A stretch of 60,000 nt of DNA from Octopus sinensis (taxonomy: Eukaryota): positions 1-60,000 of the forward strand of contig NW_021833000.1 in assembly GCF_006345805.1 (NCBI RefSeq). Direction: 5' to 3'. Numbering within the stretch: the stretch's first letter is position 1; every line of letters begins with the position of its first letter. The notes under the pieces are model-generated. The model was not told the origin of the DNA. It ran no database searches and saw only the letters and a list, made by a program, of their open reading frames with translations. This document shows positions 35,669-47,830 of the stretch, in pieces. The translations under genes and the position numbers were made by a program.

Positions 35669-36475
35669 ATGGATAATATAATTGAACCAAAAAACCCTGA
35701 TACCAGAGATAAGCCACATTCCTGCGATATCTGTGGTAAGTCATTCTCTCATAGTACTAACTTAACTAGACACAAGCGTACACATACAGGTGAAAAGCCA
35801 TACCATTGCGATATCTGTGGTAAATCATTCCCTGAAGCTGGTCAGTTGAAAACACACAAACGTATGCATACAGGTGAAAAGCCGTATCATTGTAATATCT
35901 GTGGTAAATCATTTGTTTCTGTTAGTCATGTCACTAATCACAAACGTATTCATACAGGTGAGAAGCCATATCATTGTGATACCTGTGGTAAATCATTCAC
36001 ACAAAACAGTCATTTGACTAAACCCAAACTTATTCATACAGGTGAGAAGCCACATCACTGTGGTATTTGCGGAAAATCATTCTCTCGTTATGATAAATTG
36101 AATCCTCACAAACGCACTCATACAGGTGAGAAGCCTCATCATTGTGATATCTGTGATAAATCATTCTCTGAAAGTAGCCTCTTGACTCGTCACATACGAA
36201 TTCATACAGGTGAGAAACCATATCAATGTGATATCTGTGGTACATCATTCTCTCAAAATGGTTATTTCGCTAAGCACAAACGCATTCATACAGGAGAGAA
36301 GCCATATCATTGTGATATCTGTGGTAAATCATTTTCTCAAAATAGCACTTTAACTAGTCACAAATGCATTCATACAGGTGAGAAGCCATATACCTGTGAT
36401 ATCTGTGGTAAATCATTCTCTCAACTGAGTGCCTTAAATAAACACAAACAGACACATACAGGTGAAAAGCCATAA
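35669..36475 (+). CDS. C2H2 zinc-finger protein, 9 tandem fingers (268 aa), cephalopod expanded-family type
   Basis: Nine CxxC-x12-HxxxH units with TGEKP linkers. Finger 4 has His replaced by Pro. ATG at 35669; upstream GTG start not used. Confidence 0.9.
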   Translation: MDNIIEPKNPDTRDKPHSCDICGKSFSHSTNLTRHKRTHTGEKPYHCDICGKSFPEAGQLKTHKRMHTGEKPYHCNICGKSFVSVSHVTNHKRIHTGEKPYHCDTCGKSFTQNSHLTKPKLIHTGEKPHHCGICGKSFSRYDKLNPHKRTHTGEKPHHCDICDKSFSESSLLTRHIRIHTGEKPYQCDICGTSFSQNGYFAKHKRIHTGEKPYHCDICGKSFSQNSTLTSHKCIHTGEKPYTCDICGKSFSQLSALNKHKQTHTGEKP

Positions 36476-36479
36476 TCTG

Positions 36480-36997
36480 GCGTCATCATCATCATCGTTT
36501 AATGTCCGTTTTCCATGCTGGCATGGGTTGGACGGTTCAACTGGGGTCTGCGAAGCCAGAAGGCTGCGCCAGGCCCAGTCTGATCTAAGTTAAGTTAATT
36601 ATTTGGCTCAAAAAGCAAAAAGCAAGGCCATGTAGGGGGACATGGAGTTATGTACAGAGTGGTGTTCATACAAAGAGTTCAGGCCATTTCTGGTCAAGAG
36701 AGACTTTGAACCGAGCGGTCGTCGGCATCTTCACTATCTCGTCTGGCAGCTTATTCCACGGATCCGCAACCCGGACGGAGAAAGCCCCTTTCCTTCGATT
36801 GAGATGAAATTGTCGCAGATAGAGCTTTTCGGAGTGACCCCCGCAGCCGACGCTCTGGAGTGTTTCTACAGCTGGATGCCCTCCCTAACACCTACCACTC
36901 CGTAAGTGTAGTGGGTGCTTTTTACGTGCCACCTGCACCGGTGCCAGGCGAGGCTGGCAAGCGGCCACGATCGGATGGTGCTTTTTACGTGCCACCA
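36480..36997 (-). mobile_element. RTE-related non-autonomous element with (ATG)n tail (family E) at the end of the ZNF ORF
   Basis: catcatcatcgtttaa...gcatgggttggacgg...ggatgccct. Flanks gccata(a)tctg / gccatatctg. Confidence 0.75.
36587..36853 (-). mobile_element. CR1/L2-type LINE 3' end nested in the family E element
   Basis: GHSEKLYLRQFHLNRRKGAFSVRVADPWNKLPDEIVKMPTTARFKVSLDQKWPELFV* and a (TTAAC)-like tail. Confidence 0.85.
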
Positions 36998-37000
36998 GCC

Positions 37001-37145
37001 ATATCTGTGGTAAATCATTTTCTCATAGACATAACTTAAATGTCCATGAATGAATTCCTACATAAGAGAAGCCATGTCAGTATGACACATGTGGCAAATC
37101 ATTCTATCGAAAACGCCACATGCATGAACATGTGGGTATCCAAAA
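37001..37145 (+). pseudogene. Degenerate continuation of the zinc-finger array (about 2 decayed fingers)
   Basis: ICGKSFSHRHNLNVHE*IPT*EKPCQYDTCGKSFYRK with in-frame stops, same nucleotide motif as the intact fingers. Confidence 0.75.
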
Positions 37146-37204
37146 ACAAATATAACTGTATCAATGTCAACATTTAACACATGACATCAGCTAAGACTAT
37201 TTTG

Positions 37205-40200
37205 GGATCTTTTCTGTTTGAACGGCAGTTTTTTCTAGGGGTGTCATATGAAATTGTCACCCATAATTATGACCCTAGTATCGATCTATTGCATTTCAAT
37301 CTGTCTCAGGGTTAGTGGTGGGGGGAAGGGTATCTTTTTTTTTTCTTCAGAAATGTAAATAAAACTCAATCTGTTTCTTAAACGAGGAACATATTCATAC
37401 GGCACAGAATGTTTTCACCTCAATAGACGTCACTGATTGGTTGAAATTGCAGAAATTGAAGAAAAAAAACAACAAATATCTTACAAACTATAGAATTTTC
37501 TCAATAAAGCCAAGAGAAAAAGATGTTTTATAAACACATTCTACCAGTATACGAAGTTTAAAAGTGTTTAGTTACGTGGAAATTATTTTAAAAAACTGCC
37601 GTTCAAACCGAGAAGACCCAAATATCTTACAAACTATAGGATTTTCTCAATAAAGCCAAGAGAAAAAGATGTTTTATAAACACATTCTACCAGTATACGA
37701 AGTTTAAAAGTGTTTAGTTACGTGGAAATTATTTTAAAAAACTGCCGTTCAAACCGAAAAGACCCAAATATCTTATAAACTATAGGATTTTCTCAATAAA
37801 GCCAAGAGAAAAAGATGTTTTATAAACACATTCTACCAGTATACGAAGTTTAAAAGTGTTTAGTTACGTGGAAATTATTTTAAAAAGCTGCCGTTCAAAC
37901 CGAAAAGACCCAAATATCTTACAAACTATAGAATTTTCTCAATAAAGCCAAGAGAAAAAGATGTCTTATAAACATATTCTACCAGTAATCGAAGTTTAAA
38001 AGTGTTTAGTTACGTGGAAATTATTTTAAAAAACTGCCGTTCAAACCGAAAAGACTCAAATATCTTACAAACTATAGAATATTCTCAATAAAACCAAGAG
38101 AAAAAGATGTTTTATAAACATATTCTACCAGTAATCGAAGTTTAAAAGTGTTTAGTTACGTGGAAATTATTTTAAAAAGCTGCCGTTCAAACCGAAAAGA
38201 CCCAAATATCTTACAAACTATAGAATTTTCTCAATAAAGCCAAGAGAAAAAGATGTTTTATAAACATATTCTACCAGTGATCGAAGTTTAAAAGTGTTTA
38301 GTTACGTGGAAATTATTTTAAAAAACTGCCGTTCAAACCGAAAAGACCCAAATATCTTACAAACTATAGAATTTTCTCAATAAAGCCAAGAGAAAAAGAT
38401 GTTTTATAAACATATTCTACCAGTAATCGAAGTTTAAAAGTGTTTAGTTACGTGGAAATTATTTTAAAAAGCTGCCGTTCAAACCGAAAAGACCCAAATA
38501 TCTTACAAACTATAGAATTTTCTCATAAAGCCAAGAGAAAAAGATGTTTTATAAACATATTCTACCAGTGATCGAAGTTTAAAAGTGTTTAGTTACGTGG
38601 AAATTATTTTAAAAAACTGCCGTTCAAACCGAAAAGACCAAATATCTTACAAACTATAGAATTTTCACAATAAAGCCAAGAGAAAAAGATGTTTTATAAA
38701 CATATTCTACCAGTATCGAAGTTTAAAAGTGTTTAGTTACGTGGAAATTATTTTAAAAAACTGCCGTTCAAACCGAGAAGACCCAAATATCTTACAAACT
38801 ATAGAATTTTCTCAATAAAGCCAAGAGAAAAAGATGTTTTATAAACATATTCTACCAGTAATCGAAGTTTAAAAGTGTTTAGTTACGTGGAAATTATTTT
38901 AAAAAACTGCCGTTCAAACCGAAAAGATCCCAAATATCTTACAACTATAGAATTTTCTCAATAAAGCCAAGAGAAAAAGATGTTTTATAAACATATTCTA
39001 CCAGTATCGAAGTTTAAAAGTGTTTAGTTACGTGGAAATTATTTTAAAAAACTGCCGTTCAAACCGAAAAGATCCCTGTTTCATAAACGAGGGACATATT
39101 CATACGGCACACAATGAATTTTTACCTCAATAGACGTCATTGATTGGTTGAAATTGCAGAAATTGAAGAAAAAAAACAACAAATATCTTACAAACTATAG
39201 AATTTTCTCAATAAAGCCAAGAGAAAAAGATGTTTTATAAACAAATTCTACCAGTATACGAAGTTTAAATGTGTTAGTTACGTGGAAATTATTTTAAAAA
39301 ACTGCCGTTCAAACCGAAAAGATCCCTGTTCATAAACGAGGGACATATTCATACGGCCACAATGCATTTTTACCTCAATAGACGTCATTGATTGGTTGAA
39401 ATTGCAGAAATTGAAGAAAAAAAACAACAAATATCTTACAAACTATAGAATTTTCTCAATAAAGCCAAGAGAAAAAGATGTTTTATAAACAAATTCTACC
39501 AGTATACGAAGTTTAAATGTGTTAGTTACGTGGAAATTATTTTAAAAAACTGCCGTTCAAACCGAAAAGATCCCTGTTTCATAAACGAGGGACATATTCA
39601 TACGGCACACAATGCATTTTTACCTCAATAGACGTCATTGATTGGTTGAAATTGCAGAAATTGAAGAAAAAAAAACAACAAATATCTTACAAACTATAGA
39701 ATTTTCTCAATAAAGCCAAGAGAAAAAGATGTTTTATAAACAAATTCTACCAGTATACGAAGTTTAAATGTGTTTAGTTACGTGGAAATTATTTTAAAAA
39801 ACTGCCGTTCAAACCGAAAAGATCCCTGTTTCATAAACGAGGGACATATTCATACGGCACACAATGCATTTTTACCTCAATAGACGTCATTGATTGGTTG
39901 AAATTGCAGAAATTGAAGAAAAAAACAACAAATATCTTACAAACTATAGAATTTTCTCAATAAAGCCAAGAGAAAAAGATGTTTTATAAACAAATTCTAC
40001 CAGTATACGAAGTTTAAATGTGTTTAGTTACGTGGAAATATTTTAAAAAACTGCCGTTCAAACCGAAAAGATCCCTGTTTCATAAACAAGGGACATATTC
40101 ATACGGCACACAATGCATTTTTACCTCAATAGACGTCATTGATTGTTGAAATTGCAGAAATTGAAGAAAAAAAACAACAAATATCTTACAAACTATAGAA

Positions 40201-40824
40201 TTTTCTCAATAAAGCCAAGAGAAAAAGATGTTTTATAAACAAATTCTACCAGTATACGAAGTTTAAATGTGTTTAGTTACGTGGAAATTATTTTAAAAAA
40301 CTGCCGTTCAAACCGAAAAGATCCCTGTTCATAAACGAGGGACATATTCATACGGCACACAATGCATTTTTACCTCAATAGACGTCATTGATTGGTTGAA
40401 ATTGCAGAAATTGAAGAAAAAAAACAACAAATATCTTACAAACTATAGAATTTTCTCAATAAAGCCAAGAGAAAAAGATGTTTTATAAACAAATTCTACC
40501 AGTATACGAAGTTTAAATGTGTTTAGTTACGTGGAAATATTTTAAAAAACTGCCGTTCAAACCGAAAAGATCCCTGTTTCATAAACAAGGGACATATTCA
40601 TACGGCACACAATGCATTTTTACCTCAATAGACGTCATTGATTGGTTGAAATTGCAGAAATTGAGAAAAAAAAAAAACAAATATCTTACAAACTATAGAA
40701 TTTTCTCAATAAAGCCAAGAGAAAAAGATGTTTTATAAACACATTCTACCAGTATACGAAGTTTAAATGTGTTTAGTTACGTGGAAATTATTTTAAAAAA
40801 CTACCGTTCAAACCGAAAAGATCC
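37205..40824. repeat. MITE-derived satellite array B: full MITE + ~10 x 146-bp + 7 x 250-bp terminal units
   Basis: Every unit ends at the TIR tip. Exact 8-bp TSD ctattttg at 37197-37204 and 40825-40832. Confidence 0.93.
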
Positions 40825-41089
40825 CTATTTTGTCTGCTAAAAGACAATTTTTTTCCCTTCAACTTCAATATCGTCAATGTGAATCTGAAATTTGTCATTA
40901 TCTGTAAAAATATTGACTCTGAGATAACTTCATCACTGAAAATGCCTGCAGTTGGATTTTGAGGAATTTGTCAAAAAAGAATAATGAATGAAATGTTAAA
41001 CTGTAACCATTCTGTGTTTGTTTTGTTACTCTGTATCTAGACTCTGTCCCTTCTATCCCTTAAATCTCTCAACTGGTACAGTTACACCC

Positions 41090-41635
41090 CTTCATCATCA
41101 TCATCGTTTAACGTCCGCTTTCCATTCTAGCATGGGTTGGACGGTTCAACTGGGGTCTGGGAAGCCAGGAGGCTGCACCAGGCTCCAGTCTGATCTGGCA
41201 GTGTTTCTACAGTTGGATGCCCTTCCTAACGCCAACCACTCCGTGAGTGCAGTGGGTGCTTTTTACGTGCCACTGGCACGAGGCCAGTCGGGGCGGCACT
41301 GGCAATGGCTACGTTAGGATGGTTCTCTTACGTACCACCGGCACTGGTATCACAGCTGCAATTTCCATTGATGTTGATCGATTCCGATTTGGATTTGGAT
41401 TTATATACATATACATGTATATATATATACTTACATATGTGTGTGTATATATATATCATCATCATCGTTTAGCGTCCGCTTTCCATGCTAGCATGGTTTG
41501 GACGGTTCAACTGGGGTCGGGGAAGCCAGAAAAGGCTGCAACAGACCCAGTCTGATCTGGCAGTGTTTCTAAGGCTGGATGCCCTTCCTAACACCAACCA
41601 CTCCGTGAGTGTAGTGGGTGCTTCTTATTGCCACC
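41090..41635 (-). mobile_element. Two family E elements
   Basis: Copies at about 41090-41345 and 41455-41635. Further fragments at about 43760-43945 (+) and 44015-44085 (-). Confidence 0.75.
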
Positions 41636-41884
41636 CTTCAATACTAATTCCCTTCCCTCACTCCTAGTTGTGTGTGTTTCATCTTGGAAGGTATTTGCTG
41701 AACCTGTAGGTACTGATGTCACACAAAAAGCACAGGAAATAAACAGTAGTACTGGTGCCATGTAAAGAGACCTGGAGTCCAACCCTTCCTCAAAGCGGTA
41801 GGGTGGTGTAAACGGGTAGTGTCAGAGCTATGCCGTCGGGAAGTTTGTTTCCTGGTAGGGCCACCCAAGGCAGATTGGTCTGGC

Positions 41885-42115
41885 ACCGAGCTGGCAGAAA
41901 CGTTAGAACACCGGGCGAAATGCATAGCCGTATTTCGTCTGCCGCTACATTCTGAGTTCAAATTCCGCCGAGGTCGATTTTGCCTTTCATCCATTCGGGG
42001 TCGATAAATTAAGTACCAGTTACGGACTGGGGTCGATATCGACTTAATCCGTTTTTCAGTCCTTGTTTGTCCCTTCTGTGTTTAGCCCCTTGTTGGTAGT
42101 AAAGAAATAGGTATT
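41885..42115 (+). mobile_element. MetaSINE-like SINE, full length
   Basis: Head gagctggcagaaacgttag, B-box, Meta core, tail aaagaaataggtatt. Another full copy on the minus strand at 42495-42725. Confidence 0.85.
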
Positions 42116-42877
42116 AGGGTCGCAGCTTGGTGAAAATTCCAAGAGGCGTCTGATCGGCAACCGGCGGCTTCGAGGTCGTTCTGTCCCTGCGTTTGAGGAG
42201 ACTCCGCAGCAAACAGGGCGTCCCGTCACTCGGGATATGCATGCGGGATGTCAGGGACTGCTTGTGAATTCAATATTCTCACAAAACTTCTATGAAAGAA
42301 GAAGCCGGCTCAACCCGCCTTGGGTGAACGCCGTCACAATTACAAGTGAGTACCTGATGTTTGTGCCTTGTAACAGGCCCTGGTGCTGTTACCACATAAA
42401 AAGGACCAGTCATAGTGCTATGGGAAGAATACAGGTGCTGGTGTCAGTAAAAACAGCACTGGTAATAGTGTCACATGACAAACGCTACTGGGGGTACCTA
42501 TTTCTTTATTACCCACTAGGGGCTAAACATAGAGGGGACAAACAAGGACAGACATAGGTATTAAGTTGATTACATCGACCCCAGTGCGGAACTGGTTCTT
42601 AATTTATCGACCCCGAAAGGATGAAAAGCAAAGTCAACCTCGGCGGAATTTGAACTCACAACGTAACGACAGGCGAAATACCGCTAAGCATTTCGCCCGG
42701 CGTGCTAACGATTCTGCCAGCTCGCAGAGGGTACCACATAAAAAGCACGTAGCCGATGCCAGACTAGCACCCCTGCTGGTGGCACATCAGAAGCACCTGA
42801 ACGTGATTGATGTCAGCACCCCCCCCCCCCCCCGACTGCTCCAATGCCAGTGGCACATAAAAAGCACCATTCAAATG

Positions 42878-43660
42878 TCATCATCATTCATCATTGTTCG
42901 ACCGTGGTCGAGACAATGGAATTTACCGTGCTGCGCCAGACTTCACGGTCCATCATAGCATTACGGAGGTCCTGTTGCTGGATGCCTGTATCCCTGGAGA
43001 TTACATCAGGACAGGAGAGTGTGCGCCCTCTGGTATCGCGACCGTGGTCGAGACAATGGGATTTCCCATGCTACGCCAGACTTCACGTCCATCATGGCAT
43101 TACGGTGGTCCTGTTGCTGGATACCTGTATCCCTGGAGATTACATCAGAGTAGGAGAGTGTGCGCACTCTGGTATCGCGACCGTGGTCGAGACAATGGAA
43201 TTTCCCATGCTACGCCAGACTTCACGTCCATCATGGCATTACGGTGGTCCAGTGGCTGGATACCTGTATCCCTGGAGATTACATCAGAGTAGGAGAGTGT
43301 GCGCACTCTGGTATCGCGACCGTGGTCGAGACAATGGAATTTACCATGCTACGCCAGACTTCACGGTCCATCATGGCATTACGGAGGTCCTGTTGCTGGA
43401 TGCCTGTATCCCTGGAGATTACATCTGGGTAGGAGAGTGTGCACCCTCTAGTATTGCGAGCAGGTGGCTTCCAAAGGAGAAGAGAAGAAATTGCCTCGTT
43501 TTCAGCTCTACAACAATGTCCAGCAAACTGGACTCTCCTACCTTTCACAAGAGATGACACAGGTGGTAGTTTCCCATATATTTGTACTTTGGTTGGATGA
43601 CGCTTCCACGAGAGATTTTGCGCTCTCATGAGGAGGCGAGTGTAGGTTCCATCCAACCGC
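42878..43660 (-). mobile_element. RTE/RTEX-like LINE 3' end with its last 139 bp in four tandem copies
   Basis: DGTYTRLLMRAQNLSW...RRVQFAGHC...LLLWKP...DREVWR. Units at 42899, 43039, 43178, 43317. (ATG)n tail at 42878. Confidence 0.85.
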
Positions 43661-44094
43661 CTCTCAAGCTTCTTTGATAACGTCCAGGTTTCTGAGCCAT
43701 AGAGTAGAATTGGTTCGACTGTGGCTTTGAAGATTTCAAGTTTGAAGTCTCTACTTCAAATGTGGTCGATGCCAGTGCCACGTAAAAAGACCCAGTGAAC
43801 TCTGTAAATTGGCTGATATTAGAAAGGGCGTCCGGCAGATGAAACCAAGCTAAAACAGAGAATGGAACCTCGTGGCTTTGCCAGCCTCCTGTCAAACCCT
43901 CTAACCCAAGTCTGCATGGAAGACAGACATTAAATGACAATGAGTATGAAGTCAATGATGAATGAAATATTGGGTCATTCCATAAAAAATGCGCTTTTTT
44001 ATACTTCTTTTCATCATCATCATCATCATCATCGTTTAACGTCCGCTTTCCATGCTAGCATGGGTTAGACGATTTGACTGAGGACTGGCGAACC

Positions 44095-44245
44095 CCGTAA
44101 CTTAGCAGTTCGGTAAAAGAGACAGATAGAATAAGTACTAGGCTTACAAAGAATAAGTCCTGGGGTCGATTTGCTCGACTAAAAGGTGGTGCTCCAGCAT
44201 GGCCACAGTCAAATGACTGCAACAAGTAAAAGACTAAAAGAGAGA
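44095..44245 (+). mobile_element. SINE family A, 3' part
   Basis: Reverse complement of 11560-11710. Confidence 0.75.
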
Positions 44246-44601
44246 GAGAGAGAGTTCTGGTTTTGTTTTTGTTTGTCAGTCTTGTATAGTTCTAAGATTT
44301 AAGAGTATAGAGAAGAGTAAGAGTATAGAGAAGTGAAGTGTTTCATAAATATGACAGACGAGGCTTTTTCTCAGATGAAAAATGTTTTATTTAACAACAA
44401 TAAAATAAATAACTGAGTCACAGAGGAAAAACTACAACAGCAAAGAAACAACATAGAATAATCACTCTTTGAATATTACATTGGGAAAGCAAATACATAA
44501 ACTTGTCTTTGTGTGCAACAGAATGTTTGAGAAAAATATATAAGCATAAGAGGATTAAAATGATGCGAATGTATGTGTGTGTGTGTGTGTGTGTGGTGTG
44601 T

Positions 44602-44636
<35 letters not shown>

Positions 44637-44796
44637 TAAAATCAAAATGAGGGTGAAATATTGGATATTAATTTGAAACAGCAAATGAACACCAGTGGTC
44701 TAGCGTATAAAACTGAGATTCGGTAATTAGTCCAATAATACTATATTTGTTCCACGTCATCGCGTTGTGTTTTTTTTGTGTTTTCTTGTTTGGATT

Positions 44797-44841
<45 letters not shown>

Positions 44842-44895
44842 ATATATATATATATATATTATATTACATATATATTATTTATATACATATATATA

Positions 44896-44932
<37 letters not shown>

Positions 44933-45063
44933 AATATCATATATATATATATATATATATTAAATATAATAATATATATATATAATAGATATTATATACA
45001 ATATATATTATATATTTATATATATTATATATATATAATATATATATATATATACAATATATA

Positions 45064-45104
<41 letters not shown>

Positions 45105-45120
45105 TAAATATATATAGATA

Positions 45121-45167
<47 letters not shown>

Positions 45168-45612
45168 GTATGTATGTATGTATGTATATATGTATGTATG
45201 TATATGTGTCATAAATGTCTTGCATTTCCGAGTTTTAAAAACAGTGTATCTGGTGAAAGATAAACTTTGAAATAAGAGATTTAACAATACATCAGTTATT
45301 AAATTGTAAAAGGTGCGAGTGAGTCAGCATAGGGATCAGTTAAAAACACTACAACGGACAGGTCACTTGTTAGATTCTGACCGTGTGAGAAGGTTTTTAT
45401 CGTACCCTAACGAGTTAAAAATAAATACTTGTAATAATATTTTAGTGTAAGTTTAAAGGATAATTCCATCCCAGCAATTTGTTATTTTTTTTTACATGTA
45501 TTACCATGTACCAAAATATTTCAATTCAAATCCAATAAATTAGTGTCAAAAATCGTGAAGAATATGTGCAAAAAAAAGGTTCTGCTATCTAATAATTATA
45601 TATATGTATACG

Positions 45613-45657
<45 letters not shown>

Positions 45658-46081
45658 CAAATATATATATGTATATCTATCTATACATAACATATATAAT
45701 ATAATATATATACATATATATATATATATACATTATATATATATAAATAATATATATACATATATATAATAACATATATATATACACACACATATATGTA
45801 TACTTATATATATATACATATATATATACACATATATATATATATATATATACACCATATATTATACATATATATACACACAAATATATATATATATATG
45901 ATATATATATACATATATATTTATATATATATATATTTATATATATAAATGTATATATATACATACATATTTATATATATATATATTTTAATATATACAT
46001 ATTATTATCTATACATACATAATAATATTATATATATATACAGACATATATGTATATATACACACACACACACACACACAC

Positions 46082-46148
<67 letters not shown>

Positions 46149-46310
46149 ATTATTAGATAGCAGAACCTATATATATATATATATATTATATATAATATAT
46201 TATATATATACAATTTAAAATAGGATAAAATCTTATAAGAATTTATTAAGTAGTTAGCGTGAAAAACCCTCATAAGAGAAAAATCCATCAATTTTCTTTT
46301 ACATAAATTC

Positions 46311-46471
46311 ATTTATATTGAGGGCATTACTATAAAATAATGCCACACGCTAGGAGGGATTCTTAAAGTCAAAACTACCGAATAAATAAAGACATTTAAT
46401 TTGGTAGGTTTGACTTTAAGAATCCCTCCTAGCGTGTGGCATTTATGTATAATAATGCCCTCAATATAAAT
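46311..46471. repeat. 161-bp imperfect palindrome followed by (ATATAA)n
   Basis: aatgccacacgctaggagggattcttaaagtcaaa and its reverse complement around a ~15-nt loop. Confidence 0.8.
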
Positions 46472-46603
46472 ATAAATATAAATATAAATATAAATATAAA
46501 TATAAATATAAATAAATAATATATATATATATTCAAAATGTAACCACATGTGAATCGTTGGCGATTTTCTTCCTCCGTCTTCCTTTCTATTGGAGATTCC
46601 TCT

Positions 46604-46642
46604 GTTTCTGAAGAAGGAAGAGCGTTGCTCGAAACGTTAAAC
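46604..46642 (+). ncRNA. Minimal hammerhead-like motif (Penelope-type), probably degenerate
   Basis: gttt-CUGAAGA-aggaa-GAGC-guu-GCUC-GAAACGUU-aaac. Five extra nt before stem II. Confidence 0.35.
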
Positions 46643-46929
46643 CATCTTCCTTTCTTCCCTGAGCGTCTGCTAATACTTTACATGTACCACGTCCTCGCCT
46701 TGTTTCTTTTTGTATTTTTTGTGTTTGTTCTTCTTTTTTGGGATTCACAATATATATATATATGTATGTATGTATGTATATATGTATGTATTTATGTATA
46801 ATTATCACGAAATGATATTGATAAAATAAAATTGAATTCAATAGTGTAAGTTTTGGGTGTCTTTTGTGTTTTTGTTTTGTTTTTGTCTAATTTACTGTTT
46901 ATTTTACATGTTTTGGCACATCTACTCCA

Positions 46930-47830
46930 AGTTTGGGGAGAGTCATTCTTTTTGTAACCTTATAATTTAACACACTCACCGGTAAAATTTCCACTTATTT
47001 CTTATTTTTTATTTTCCTAAAATTTTCGTTGCGTCTTGCAACCTTTTCCATAGTTTTGACTCTGTCGGATATTTACACTGTGTTCCTTTTTGTTTGTTTG
47101 TGCTCATGTGTGTGGGGCAGTGTGTGTATGTATGTATATGTATGTATGTATGTATAAACAGACAAATATGGAGACAAGGATCCACACATATAAAGATGCA
47201 CATCCATACATACAAACATGGTACGTAGTTGCATAACACACACACACAGACATGCACACACCAGGAGACAGAGGTGTATACATATCCAGACACACGCTTA
47301 CACACACACATACATAGGAAATACACAAACACAGACATGCAAGCACATAAATATGCAGGATACATACAGATACATACACCTACATACATATATACATATG
47401 CATACACAAACATATATACATACACATTCAAACACATATACATACATACATATAAATATATACATCCATACATATATACATACATACATACAGACAGACA
47501 GACAGACATACACACATGGATGCATGTATAGGAACACACACTGGCCCACACACAAAAAAGCAAAAGGGAACGCATCCTAAATAACGGACAGAATCAGGAC
47601 TATTGAAAAGGTTGCAAGACGAAACGAAAACTTTAGGAAAATAAAAATAAGAAATAAGTGTAAATTTTACCAGTGATTGTGTTATGGAGCATAAAAAGAC
47701 AATCACTCTCCCCAGACAACAACAGAATATGCTTCAACACACGAACTCACATAAAGAATCTTGCAAACCAAATCCAAAAACGAAATACTCCAAGTTTGTT
47801 TAGAAAAAATCTTGCTTGTGTCTTACACTT
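46930..47830. repeat. Inverted pair of an unclassified microsatellite-associated repeat
   Basis: Core gcaagacgcaacgaaaattttaggaaaataaaaataagaaataagtgg on minus at about 46930-47070 and plus at about 47590-47800. Also at 3755-3945 and 1-110. Confidence 0.7.

Noticed and set aside
27624-40824. Regular repeats resembling a CRISPR array
   Set aside because: Units are whole MITE-end copies with no unique spacers, in eukaryotic sequence with no cas genes.
42844-43557. 237-aa and 132-aa plus-strand ORFs with internal repeats
   Set aside because: Antisense readings of the tandem LINE 3' end.
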